From positions 1 to 64,000 of the forward strand of contig CAVUMN010000004.1 of assembly GCA_963742735.1 (NCBI GenBank): a stretch of DNA of 64,000 nt, given 5' to 3'. Positions 41,004 through 49,939 of the stretch are shown here, piece by piece (position 1 is the first letter of the stretch; each line of letters starts with the position of its first letter). The translations under genes and the position numbers were made by a program. Below the pieces are notes generated by a model that was not told the DNA's origin, searched no databases, and saw only the letters and a program-made list of their open reading frames with translations. The DNA comes from an uncultured Actinomycetes bacterium. Its GTDB lineage: Bacteria; Actinomycetota; UBA4738; JBBDTT01.

Positions 41004-41949
41004 TCGAGCTCTCGTACTGCGTGGTCAACACGAACGGGCGCGAGCACCTGCTGGCCTGCCTTGACGCAATCCGCCGCACGCACCCCGCCGGCGTGGAGCC
41101 ACGAGCTGATCGTGGTCGACAACGCCTCCGACGACGGCTCGGCGGAGGCGGTGCGCTCGGCGCATCCGGAGGCGCGCGCTGATCGCGCTCGAGCTGCGGG
41201 AGGGCAAGGCCGCGAACGACTCGCTGCTGCTGCGCGAGGCGAGCGGCAGCTACTGCCTGCTCCTCAACGAGGACTCCGAGCTCGAGCCCGGCAGCGCACA
41301 GGCGCTGGTGGACGCGCTGGAGGCAGACCCGGCCGCCGCCGTGGCGGGCGCGCAGCTGCTCACGCCGGACGGGCGGCCGACCGCGTGTGCCTGGCGGCTG
41401 CCCGACGCAGGGTGGGCGCTGGCGGCAGCGCTCTTCGCGCACCGCCCCTACGCGGTGCAGAGCAAGGGACGGGACGTGCGCGCGGTCGGCTGGGTGCAGT
41501 CGAGCGCCATGCTCGTGCGCCGCGAGGCCGCGGAGGGCGTGGGGTGGCTCGACCCCGAGTTCTTCGTGTACTCGGACGAGACGGACTTCTGCAGGCGGCT
41601 GACCGACGCGGGCTGGCGGATCCTCTTCGTGCCCGGCGCGCGTGCCGTGCACCACGACCAGCTGTCCACGGACCCCGCGGCTATGGAGCGGCGGATCGTG
41701 GAGTTCCACCGCGGCCGCGACCGCTACTTCCGCAAGCACGGCATGTCCGTGACCCGCCTGCTCTGGACGATCTGCTGGACCTGGGCCTATCTCGTCCGCG
41801 CCGCCGCGGCGCTGGCGCTGCCCGGCCGCGACCCGCACCGCTACCTCCTGCACGCCCGCCAGCAACTGCGGCCGCGGGCCGGCAGCGGGCTGCGCGAGGC
41901 GGCCGACGCGTACAACGCCGGCCGCAACGCGGCGACCGCCGCCCGCTAG
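41000..41949 (+). CDS. Glycosyltransferase family 2, apparent frameshifts near 41095 and 41175; start uncertain
   Basis: LSYCVVNTN, VVDNASDDGS, LLLNEDSE, DPEFFVYSDETDFC. Confidence 0.85.
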
Positions 41950-41981
41950 CCGGGCCCGCTGCATCTACGCTTCCCGCGCCC

Positions 41982-43520
41982 ATGGAGCATGCGGACCTCG
42001 CCCAAGCAGCAGCGGTCTGCGGCGCGCTCGGATCGGCGCTCGTGCTGCTCGCGCGCGGGCGGCTCGCGCTGCTCGCCGGTCTGGTGGCGCTCGGGCTCGC
42101 CGAGGCGGGCCTGGTGGGAGCGCTGAACGACGGCGGCTTCGACAAGCTCACGAGCCCTGCCGGCGGCGCGGCCGCCCTGGTGGGGCTCGGGCTCTTCGGC
42201 GGGGCCGCCGCGCTGCTCGTCCGCCGTCCGGCGTGGGTGCCACTGGCCGTGCTGGTGGCCGCGCCGTTCCGGCCCCCACTCGACTTCAACAGCTCGAACC
42301 GCTTCTTCGTCTCCGTGGCCGAGGACGGGCGGCTCGGTCGCCTGCTGCCGCTCTACTTCGTGCTGGTGGCCGCCGGCCTGGCGCTCGGCTGGCGGGCACT
42401 GCGCGGGGAGAGCGTGCGCGCGCTGCCTCGGCAGCTGGCCCTGCCGGCTGCGGCGTTCTTCGCATTCGCCTTCCTCTCGCTCCTGTGGGCGGACGACGTG
42501 GAGGCCGGCGCCAACATGCTCACCTTCTTCACGCTGCCGTTCGCCGTCCTGCTCGCCGTGGTGGCGCGCGCCGAGTACCCGGACTGGGCGCCGCGCGCGC
42601 TCGCGGCCGCGGCCATCGCGCTCGCCTGCCTGTTCGCGGCGGTGGGCGTCTGGCAGGCCATCACCCACGACCTCTTCTTCTACGCGCCCAACCTGGCGGT
42701 CTCGAACGCCAACACGGACTTCTTCAGGGTCACCTCGCTGTTCGGCGACCCGAGCCTGTACGGGCGCCACGTGGTGCTCGGCATCGGCGTGGTCCTGACG
42801 CTGTTGGCCACCAGTCGCTCCCGCAACGGCATCCTGCTCGCCGCGCTCGCGCTCATGTGGGCGGGGCTGTTCTTCTCGTACTCGCAGTCGAGCATGGCGG
42901 CGCTGCTACTCGTCACGCTCGCGATCGCCTTCGCGACGGGCGACCGCGGCGTCAGGCGCACGGTCGGGCTGCTCGCGCTCGGCGCCGCGGTCGTCGCGCT
43001 CGGGTTCGGCGCCGTGAAGGTGGTCGGCGGCGAGTCGATCAACCGGGTCACGAGCGACCGCACCGATCGCGTGGAGGACGCGCTCCGGGTGGTGCGCCAC
43101 GATCCGCTGATCGGCGTGGGCATCGGCGGACAGCCACGGGCCAGCCGCCTGCTCACCGGCAGCGAGCGCCCGAACGCGAACTTCGTGTCGCATACCACTC
43201 CGCTCACGGTCACCGCCGAGCTCGGCGTCATAGGGCTCGTGCTCTACGTCTGGCTGTTGGTGGGAGGAGTCGGCTCGATCGCCGAGGTGTACAGATCGCA
43301 GCGCGCGCTCGGACTGGCGCTCGGGGCCTCGCTGCTCGCGCTGTTCGTGCACGCGCTCTTCTACAGCGGCTTCCTCGAGGACCCGCTCACCTGGATGGTG
43401 CTCGCGGTGGCGGCGGGCTGGCTCATGAGGCCCGGGCCCCCCGAGCCGTCGCCGGCCGAGCGCGCCCGGGCGAGGGCGGGCTCGAAGCCGGGTGGCGGCG
43501 TGGCGGCGGCCACCCCATGA
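41982..43520 (+). CDS. O-antigen ligase/Wzy_C-like polytopic membrane protein
   Basis: Many TM segments; RVTSLFGDPS, SYSQS, PLIGVGIG, SHTT...AELGVIG. Confidence 0.85.
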   Translation: MEHADLAQAAAVCGALGSALVLLARGRLALLAGLVALGLAEAGLVGALNDGGFDKLTSPAGGAAALVGLGLFGGAAALLVRRPAWVPLAVLVAAPFRPPLDFNSSNRFFVSVAEDGRLGRLLPLYFVLVAAGLALGWRALRGESVRALPRQLALPAAAFFAFAFLSLLWADDVEAGANMLTFFTLPFAVLLAVVARAEYPDWAPRALAAAAIALACLFAAVGVWQAITHDLFFYAPNLAVSNANTDFFRVTSLFGDPSLYGRHVVLGIGVVLTLLATSRSRNGILLAALALMWAGLFFSYSQSSMAALLLVTLAIAFATGDRGVRRTVGLLALGAAVVALGFGAVKVVGGESINRVTSDRTDRVEDALRVVRHDPLIGVGIGGQPRASRLLTGSERPNANFVSHTTPLTVTAELGVIGLVLYVWLLVGGVGSIAEVYRSQRALGLALGASLLALFVHALFYSGFLEDPLTWMVLAVAAGWLMRPGPPEPSPAERARARAGSKPGGGVAAATP

Positions 43521-44872
43521 GGCACTTCGGCGGCGAGCGGCTCGGGCGCCTCGAAGCCCTCGGCCTGATCACGGTGCTGCTCGCGCTCGTGACCGTGACC
43601 CTTCCCGAGCTCGGTTCGGACCCGTGGCGCTTCCGCCCGGGCGCCGTCGACCCGTCCGGTCCGCTGGCTCCGCTCGTGCGCGCCGCCGGCGAGGAATGGG
43701 ACGTGGGCATCGCCCGCGCCGCGGCCTTCTTGGCCGCGCTCCTGTGCGGGGCGGCGGCGCTGACGCTCCTGCGCGAGCGCACCTGGCCGCGCGCCGCCGG
43801 GATCGCGCTCGTGCTGACGGTGGGCGTGCTGCTCGCGGCGCCCTCCACGCTGCTCCAGCTGGGGCTGCGCGACTCCACCGAGCCGTGGTTCTTCACCAAC
43901 GACTCGACCTACCAGATCGAGCAGAGCGGGGATCTGGTTCTGGACGGCGAGAACCCCTACGGCCACGACTACCGCCGGTCGGGGCTGGAGCGTTTCTACA
44001 CGCGCGACGGAAGCGTGTCCGAGCAGGTGCGCGAGCGCGAGGTCGCGCTGCGGCACTTCGCGTACTTCCCCGGCGCGCCGCTGAGCGCAGCCGCCTGGCG
44101 GGTCCTGCCCGCACCGTTCGACGACTACCGGCTGCTGGTGCTGCTCGCCACCTTGGCCGCGCTGGCCGCCGCGCTCGCGTTCCGCGCGCCGCTCGGCTGG
44201 CGCCTGGCGGTGGGAGCCCTGCTGGTGTGCAACCCGGTGGCGGTGCGCTCGGCGTGGTTCGGTCAGAACGACCCCACGAGCCTCCTCTTCCTCGTGCTCG
44301 CCTTCGCGCTCGTGACCCGCTCGCGCTTCGGCTGGGCCGCGGCGAGCCTGGCGGCCGCGGTGCTGCTCAAGCAGTTCGCGCTCGTGGCGCTGCCGTTCCT
44401 GGTGCTCATGGCCGTGCAGTCGGGCGCCGGGCGCGCTCAGCTCCGGCGCGCGGCTCTGGTCTTCGGCGGCGTGACGCTCGCGGGGGTGCTCCCGTTCTTC
44501 ATCGCCGACCCGGGCGCCTTCTACGACGACACGGTCCGCTACGGCGCCGGCACCTACCGGATCGTGGGCTACGGGCTGTCGGGGATCCTGGTGCGGATCG
44601 GCATCCTCGACGACCGCGACGGGAGCTACCCGTTCGCGCTCTTCGCCCTGCTCACCTGGGTGCCGCTGACCGTCTGGCTGCTGCTGGCTCAGCGCCGCGC
44701 GAGTGACCTGTGGGTCGGCGCCGCGGGCTTCGCGATCTCGATCCTGTGGCTGATGTTCATCGGCCGGACCTTCAACAACTACTACCTGCTCTGGCCGCTC
44801 ACCGGCGCCGCCGTGGCCGTGCTCATCGCGGTCGGCGCTCCCGGAACGCGAACTGCTGCGCCCGACCCGTGA
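43517..44872 (+). CDS. GT-C-type (GT87-like) membrane glycosyltransferase
   Basis: Polytopic; ND..GENPY, YFPG, GQND, LLKQF motifs. Confidence 0.7.
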   Translation: MRHFGGERLGRLEALGLITVLLALVTVTLPELGSDPWRFRPGAVDPSGPLAPLVRAAGEEWDVGIARAAAFLAALLCGAAALTLLRERTWPRAAGIALVLTVGVLLAAPSTLLQLGLRDSTEPWFFTNDSTYQIEQSGDLVLDGENPYGHDYRRSGLERFYTRDGSVSEQVREREVALRHFAYFPGAPLSAAAWRVLPAPFDDYRLLVLLATLAALAAALAFRAPLGWRLAVGALLVCNPVAVRSAWFGQNDPTSLLFLVLAFALVTRSRFGWAAASLAAAVLLKQFALVALPFLVLMAVQSGAGRAQLRRAALVFGGVTLAGVLPFFIADPGAFYDDTVRYGAGTYRIVGYGLSGILVRIGILDDRDGSYPFALFALLTWVPLTVWLLLAQRRASDLWVGAAGFAISILWLMFIGRTFNNYYLLWPLTGAAVAVLIAVGAPGTRTAAPDP

Positions 44873-46127
44873 CGTACACGCGGTCCTCGTCCGCCACCAC
44901 CGGGTTGGCGTACTTCCCGCCCGGGAAGCGCCACACCTGACGGCCATTCGACGCGCGCACCGCGTAGGTCCCGTCGGGCCCCTGCTTGACCGACCGCTGG
45001 GCCTCCGATCCGCAGCTCGAGCAGGTGGCGTAGTACACGAGCCCGGACATGACCGTGGGGGCGGCGTGCACGGCGCCCGGCGCCTCGATCTGCCAGTCCG
45101 TGTCGCCCGTGGCGGCGTCGAGGGCATAGAACTTGCCGTCGTAGGTGCCCACGAACACGCGCCGGTTCCAGACCGCGGCCGCGCCGTAGATGTACGAGCC
45201 GAGCGGACGAGCCCAGAGGAGCTTGCCGCTCTTCGCCCCGAACACGTACATCGTGCCGTCGGTGTTGCCGATATACACGCGGCCGTACGCCACCGTGGGA
45301 GTGGCGTAGAAGAACTCCCGCGAGCCGAAGCTGGAGTTGGACTGGGCGCTCCAGCGGAGCTTGCCGGTGCGCGCGTTCAGCGCGTAGAGCGTGCCCCCGT
45401 CGGACGCGATGTAGATCGTGCGCTTCCAGTACGCCGCCGAGGTGTTGACCTCATCGTCCGCCTGGAAGGCCCAGATCCGCCGGCCGGTGCGCGCGTCCAC
45501 GGCGTAGACGTTGTGGTCCCACGAGCCGAAGTAGAGGCGCCCGCCCCGCAGGAGCGGCGAGGACTCGATCGGCTCCGACTTGAAGCGCCAGCGCTCGCGG
45601 CCGGTCTGGGCGTCCCAGGCCACCACGAACCCGTCCGCGCCCGCCTGCCCCTGCTCGCACACCACCGGGTGCATGTAGGACTGGTAGACGAGGCCGTCGC
45701 CGATCGTCGGCGAGGACGCGGCGCAGCGGCGGAGGCTCTTTTTCCAGGACACCTTGCCGGTCTTCGCGTTCAGCGCGAAGAAGAGGCCCTTCTGCTGGGC
45801 CAGGTACACGCGCCCGTAGCCGATGGCGGGCGGGAACTCGAGCGAGTCGTGAGCGTCGATCGACCAGAGGCGCCGGTAGGGCGGCCGGTGCTCGTACGGC
45901 GAGATGTGCGAGCGCTCGGCGTCGTATCCGTAGGTGGGCCACGGGCGCGGGTTCTCGCGCTTCGGCGGTGGCTTGGGCTCCGGCGCCGCGGTGGTGACGA
46001 ACTCCTCGTCCGCGGAGCCGCGCTTCTCGGTGGGCTGGTTCTCGTTGTGGACGTACACGGCCGCCGCAGCTCCTACCGCGAGCACGACGAGCGCGACGCC
46101 CACCAGGAGGCGGCGGCGTCTCAGCAT
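44823..46127 (-). CDS. Membrane-anchored PQQ-like beta-propeller repeat protein (BamB-like)
   Basis: Repeated ALNAKTGKVSW / AVDARTGRRIW / ALDAATGDTDW. Confidence 0.9.
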   Translation of the reverse strand: MLRRRRLLVGVALVVLAVGAAAAVYVHNENQPTEKRGSADEEFVTTAAPEPKPPPKRENPRPWPTYGYDAERSHISPYEHRPPYRRLWSIDAHDSLEFPPAIGYGRVYLAQQKGLFFALNAKTGKVSWKKSLRRCAASSPTIGDGLVYQSYMHPVVCEQGQAGADGFVVAWDAQTGRERWRFKSEPIESSPLLRGGRLYFGSWDHNVYAVDARTGRRIWAFQADDEVNTSAAYWKRTIYIASDGGTLYALNARTGKLRWSAQSNSSFGSREFFYATPTVAYGRVYIGNTDGTMYVFGAKSGKLLWARPLGSYIYGAAAVWNRRVFVGTYDGKFYALDAATGDTDWQIEAPGAVHAAPTVMSGLVYYATCSSCGSEAQRSVKQGPDGTYAVRASNGRQVWRFPGGKYANPVVADEDRVYVTGRAQQFAFRERRPR

Positions 46128-46173
46128 CGCGCGAAGGATGGCAAAGGCCCCCGGCGGCTCCGGGACGGCGCCG

Positions 46174-47988
46174 TCAGCCGAGGTCGCCGCGACCGGACAG
46201 CAGGGTCCAGATTCTCCGCGTGACGCGCGGTACCTCGACGCTCAGGCGCGCCTCCTCGAGCTCACGCGACCACTGCGGCGTGCCGGTGCGCAGCACCAGC
46301 CCCTCGCCCAGGCGGAAGGCCGTGAAGGCGGGCTGATCGGCCTCGCGGCCCGCCGACACCAGGAGCGGGGCGTCGGGCGGCAGGCTCTCCGAGCGCTCGA
46401 ACAGCGTGAAATCGCCGATCAGGGGGCTGAGGCCGTCGAACAGCCCGAGCTCGTCCTCGAACACGCTGAGCGGCGCCGCGCCGGTGCGCAGCAGGGCCGT
46501 GCGCTCCCCGAACACGTTGGCGGGGCGCGGAGGCTCCGCCGGCCCGAACGACGCGCGGCCGAGGGCCACGTCGCGGCGGAACGCGTCGGCGCCGAACGAG
46601 GCCACCCGTCCGCCCCCCTCGACGTAGCGGCGCAGGCGCTGCCCCAGCGCCGGCGGCAGCCACAGCGCGCCCCCGGCGAACACCACGCCGGGCGCGTTCC
46701 CGAGTGCGGGCCCCTCGTTCCGGGCCAGCGACAGGTCCGTGGTCAGGTCGTAGTCGAGCCCCGCCCGGTCGAGGAAGCGCAGGAGCGGCGCGCTCTCCGA
46801 CCGGAAGCCTCCCGGCAGGGCGCCGCCCGCGAACTCGCGCTCCAGTCGCAACCGCCGCGCCGCGGGGAGCGAGTCCGCAAAGCCGTCGTGGTCGTCGTCC
46901 ACGCGGTTACGGCCCTGCCACGAGAGTGCCGGGAGCACCACGAGCGGCCTCGGCCGGGCCGCCGACCCCGGCGTCTGCGGCAGCCCTGCCACGGCGAGCG
47001 GCCAGACGGCGCGGCGGCGCCCGGCCCGCACGCGCACCAGGTAGACGCCAGTACGCGTCCGCCGCGGCACCCGCACGCGGAACGACCCCCCGATCCGCTC
47101 CCCGCGCACCACGGGGCGCGGCGAGCCCAGCCGCGACAGGACGAACCCGAAGGACCGGTCGAAGGGCCCGACGCGCAGGCGCGCCACCGCGCCGGCGGGG
47201 ATCACGTCGAGCGGCCCGGCGAGGGTGAAGGGCCTGACCGACACGCCAGTTCCCGCCCGGGCGGTGCGTGCGGTCGGCGTGGGCGCCGGGGCCTCGGTGG
47301 GGTTGCCCGCGCGATCGCGCACCTGCACCGTGAACGCGTAGTCGCCCACCGGCGCGACCCTCCCCTCGCGCAGCCGCCCGTCCCAGACGGCACCACGGTC
47401 GCCGCCGCCGCGGAAGCGCAGGACGAGCCGGGGCGGGCCGTCCCCCGTGCGGAAGATCCGGAAGACGGGCGCCTCGTTCGACGGGCCGCTGTATCGCAGG
47501 CGCACTTCGGGGACCTGCCCCGGCTCCCCGGGAGCGATCACGCTCGGGCGGGCGGAGAGGAGCGCCGCCCGCGGCGGCCGGCGATCGACGTTGATCTGCT
47601 TCTGCGAGTCGATCACGCGGCCCTCGTCGCGGCGGAGCACCCGCATCCGGTAGATGCCGTCAGGCACCGGCAGCCCCTCGTCGTCGCGGCCGTTCCAGCG
47701 CACGCGGTGCTTGGCGTCGCCCGCCAGCTCGCGGTTGTTCATGAGCCGGCGCACCTCGTGGCCCTCCTGGTCCATCACCGAGAAAGTGACGCGGGCCGGC
47801 TCCGAGAGGTCGAAGCCCAGCTGGGTGGTGTCCCTCACGCCATCGCCGTTGGGCGAGAAGTTGAGCGGGAACGCGGCGAACCGAAGTACGAGCGCATCCT
47901 CGCTCTTGAGCTGCTGTGTGACGAGGAAGGCGGCGATCGTCGCCACCACGAGCAGCGCGAATACCGCCCGGACGAGGGGCCGTGTCAT
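46174..47988 (-). CDS. Exported protein with FlgD-type Ig domains and a C-terminal domain resembling the N,N-dimethylformamidase beta-subunit family
   Basis: FSPNGDGVRD, WNGRDDEG..PDGIY, WDGR..GDY; GVYLVRV..LVVLPALSWQGRN, YDLTTDL. Confidence 0.65.
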   Translation of the reverse strand: MTRPLVRAVFALLVVATIAAFLVTQQLKSEDALVLRFAAFPLNFSPNGDGVRDTTQLGFDLSEPARVTFSVMDQEGHEVRRLMNNRELAGDAKHRVRWNGRDDEGLPVPDGIYRMRVLRRDEGRVIDSQKQINVDRRPPRAALLSARPSVIAPGEPGQVPEVRLRYSGPSNEAPVFRIFRTGDGPPRLVLRFRGGGDRGAVWDGRLREGRVAPVGDYAFTVQVRDRAGNPTEAPAPTPTARTARAGTGVSVRPFTLAGPLDVIPAGAVARLRVGPFDRSFGFVLSRLGSPRPVVRGERIGGSFRVRVPRRTRTGVYLVRVRAGRRRAVWPLAVAGLPQTPGSAARPRPLVVLPALSWQGRNRVDDDHDGFADSLPAARRLRLEREFAGGALPGGFRSESAPLLRFLDRAGLDYDLTTDLSLARNEGPALGNAPGVVFAGGALWLPPALGQRLRRYVEGGGRVASFGADAFRRDVALGRASFGPAEPPRPANVFGERTALLRTGAAPLSVFEDELGLFDGLSPLIGDFTLFERSESLPPDAPLLVSAGREADQPAFTAFRLGEGLVLRTGTPQWSRELEEARLSVEVPRVTRRIWTLLSGRGDLG

Positions 47989-48034
47989 GGCCGGCGGAAA
48001 CCTAGTGGAGGACCCGGCGAGCGAGAATGCGCGC

Positions 48035-49126
48035 GTGCGGGTGCAGCTGATCGATCCCTCGGGCGACGTGGCGCCCTACGACCACGCCCTCGCCGCGGCC
48101 CTAGCTGGGCGGGGCGCAGACGTGGAGCTCGTGACCTCGCGCTTCGTGCACGGTCCGGCGGCCACACCGGAGGGGTACACCGCCGACCGCCGCTTCTACC
48201 GGCTGGCCACGCGCTTCGGCGCCGAGCGGCCGAGGCTGCGCAGAGCGCTGAAGCTCGCCGAGCACGCGCCCGACATGCTCCTCTACCGGCGCCACGCACG
48301 CCGCGCGGACGTGCGCCACTACCAGTGGCTGCCGCTCCCCGCGCTCGACGCATGGCTCCTTCCTCCCGCCCGGCCACGGGTGCTCACGCTGCACAACGTC
48401 CTGCGAGCGGAGCGGCTCGACCGCCGGCTGCTCGACCGGATGGACGCGCTCGTGGTGCACACCCGGGCGGGCGCGGAGCTCCTCACCGCCCGCCACGGCA
48501 TCCCAGCCGAGCGGGTCAGGACGATCCCCCACGGCGCGTTCGAGCACCTCACGAGCCAGCCCGGCGAGGCGCCGCTGCCGGAGGAGCTGCGCGCGGTGGA
48601 GGGCCCGGTCGTGCTGTGCTTCGGGGTCGTGCGACCGTACAAGGGCGTGGACGTGCTGCTCGAGGCGTTCCGCGACGTGGAGGCGGAGCTGTGGGTGGTG
48701 GGCCGCCCGCTCGGAGAGTCGATGGAGCGGCTCAGGAGGCTCGCGCCGCCGGGGCGCGTGCGCTTCGTGCCGCGCTACGTGAGCGACCGCGAGCTGCCCG
48801 CCTACTTCCGCCGCGCCGATCTCCTCGTGCTTCCGCACCGCCGCGTAGACGTGTCCGGCGTGCTGTTCGCGGGCCTGGCGTTCGGGAAGCCGATGGTGCT
48901 CTCCGACGTGGGCGGCTTCCGCGACGTGGCACTGGAGCACGGCGCCGGGCGGCTCGTGCCGCCGGAGGACCCGGAGGCGCTGGGCCTGGCCATCCGCGAG
49001 CTGCTCGAGGACTCCGGCGCGCGCGAGCATCTGGCCGCGCGCGCTCGGGCTGCGGCCGCGGGGCCGTATTCGTGGGAACGCATCGCCGGGCAGACGCTCG
49101 ACCTCTACAGGGAGCTGATGGCATGA
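48035..49126 (+). CDS. Glycosyltransferase family 4
   Basis: PYDHAL, IPHG, FGVVRPYKG, SGV..GKPMVLSDVGG. Confidence 0.9.
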   Translation: MRVQLIDPSGDVAPYDHALAAALAGRGADVELVTSRFVHGPAATPEGYTADRRFYRLATRFGAERPRLRRALKLAEHAPDMLLYRRHARRADVRHYQWLPLPALDAWLLPPARPRVLTLHNVLRAERLDRRLLDRMDALVVHTRAGAELLTARHGIPAERVRTIPHGAFEHLTSQPGEAPLPEELRAVEGPVVLCFGVVRPYKGVDVLLEAFRDVEAELWVVGRPLGESMERLRRLAPPGRVRFVPRYVSDRELPAYFRRADLLVLPHRRVDVSGVLFAGLAFGKPMVLSDVGGFRDVALEHGAGRLVPPEDPEALGLAIRELLEDSGAREHLAARARAAAAGPYSWERIAGQTLDLYRELMA

Positions 49127-49902
49127 GGGTCGTGTTCATGGCCAAGAGCAAGCGCTCGGCGGCGCGGGCGCTTGCGTGGCTCGTGGAGAACGGCTGCGAG
49201 GTGCCGGCCGTGGTGGCCTCCGAGCCCGACGAGTGGACCACGGAAGAGCAGCGCGTGGACCTGGTGGCCGCCGAGCACGGGATCCCGCTCCTTGGCGAGA
49301 GCGACCTGTACGGCGCCGCCGAGCGCGGCGAGCTCGGACAGGTGGACCTCGTGGTGTCGTTCCTCTTCTGGAACCGCATCCGCGAGCCGCTGATCTCGCT
49401 CGGGCGACTTGGCTGCATCAACCTCCACCCGGCGCCGCTGCCGGACCTGCGCGGCGTGGGCGGCTACAACGTGGCGCTGCTCGAGGGCCGCGACGAGTGG
49501 GGCGTGTCGTGCCACTTCGTGGACGACCGGATCGACACCGGCGACCTCGTGGAGGTGGAGCGCTTCCCGATCGACTCCGCCGCCGAGACGGCTCTGTCGC
49601 TCGACGTGCTGAGCCAGGAGCGGCTGCTGGCGCTCTTCCAGCGCGTGGTCGAGATCGCCCTGTCCGGAGACGAGCTGCCGCGCGAGCCGCAGGAGGAGGG
49701 CCGCTATGTGTCGCGCGCGGAGCTCGAGGAGCTGCGCGTGGTGCGGCCCGGGGACGATCTCGACCGCAAGCTGAGAGCGTTCTGGTACCCGCCCTGGCCG
49801 GGCGCGGTGGTGGACATCGAGGGCCGCCGGCTGACGCTGGTGGACGACGGGCTGCTTGCCGAGCTGGCGCGCGCTTATCGGGCAGCCGGCGTGGTGCCGT
49901 AG
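49123..49902 (+). CDS. Formyltransferase family protein (probably sugar N-formyltransferase)
   Basis: INLHPAPLPDLRG, GVSCHFVDDRIDTGD; ATGA overlap with GT4. Confidence 0.85.
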   Translation: MRVVFMAKSKRSAARALAWLVENGCEVPAVVASEPDEWTTEEQRVDLVAAEHGIPLLGESDLYGAAERGELGQVDLVVSFLFWNRIREPLISLGRLGCINLHPAPLPDLRGVGGYNVALLEGRDEWGVSCHFVDDRIDTGDLVEVERFPIDSAAETALSLDVLSQERLLALFQRVVEIALSGDELPREPQEEGRYVSRAELEELRVVRPGDDLDRKLRAFWYPPWPGAVVDIEGRRLTLVDDGLLAELARAYRAAGVVP

Positions 49903-49939
49903 CCGGGACACGGCCGCCCGCCGGGAGTACCCTGAGAGC

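Noticed and set aside
44823-44872. 50-bp convergent overlap as an antisense regulatory system
   Set aside because: Short tail-to-tail overlaps are common in GC-rich genomes; nothing else supports regulation
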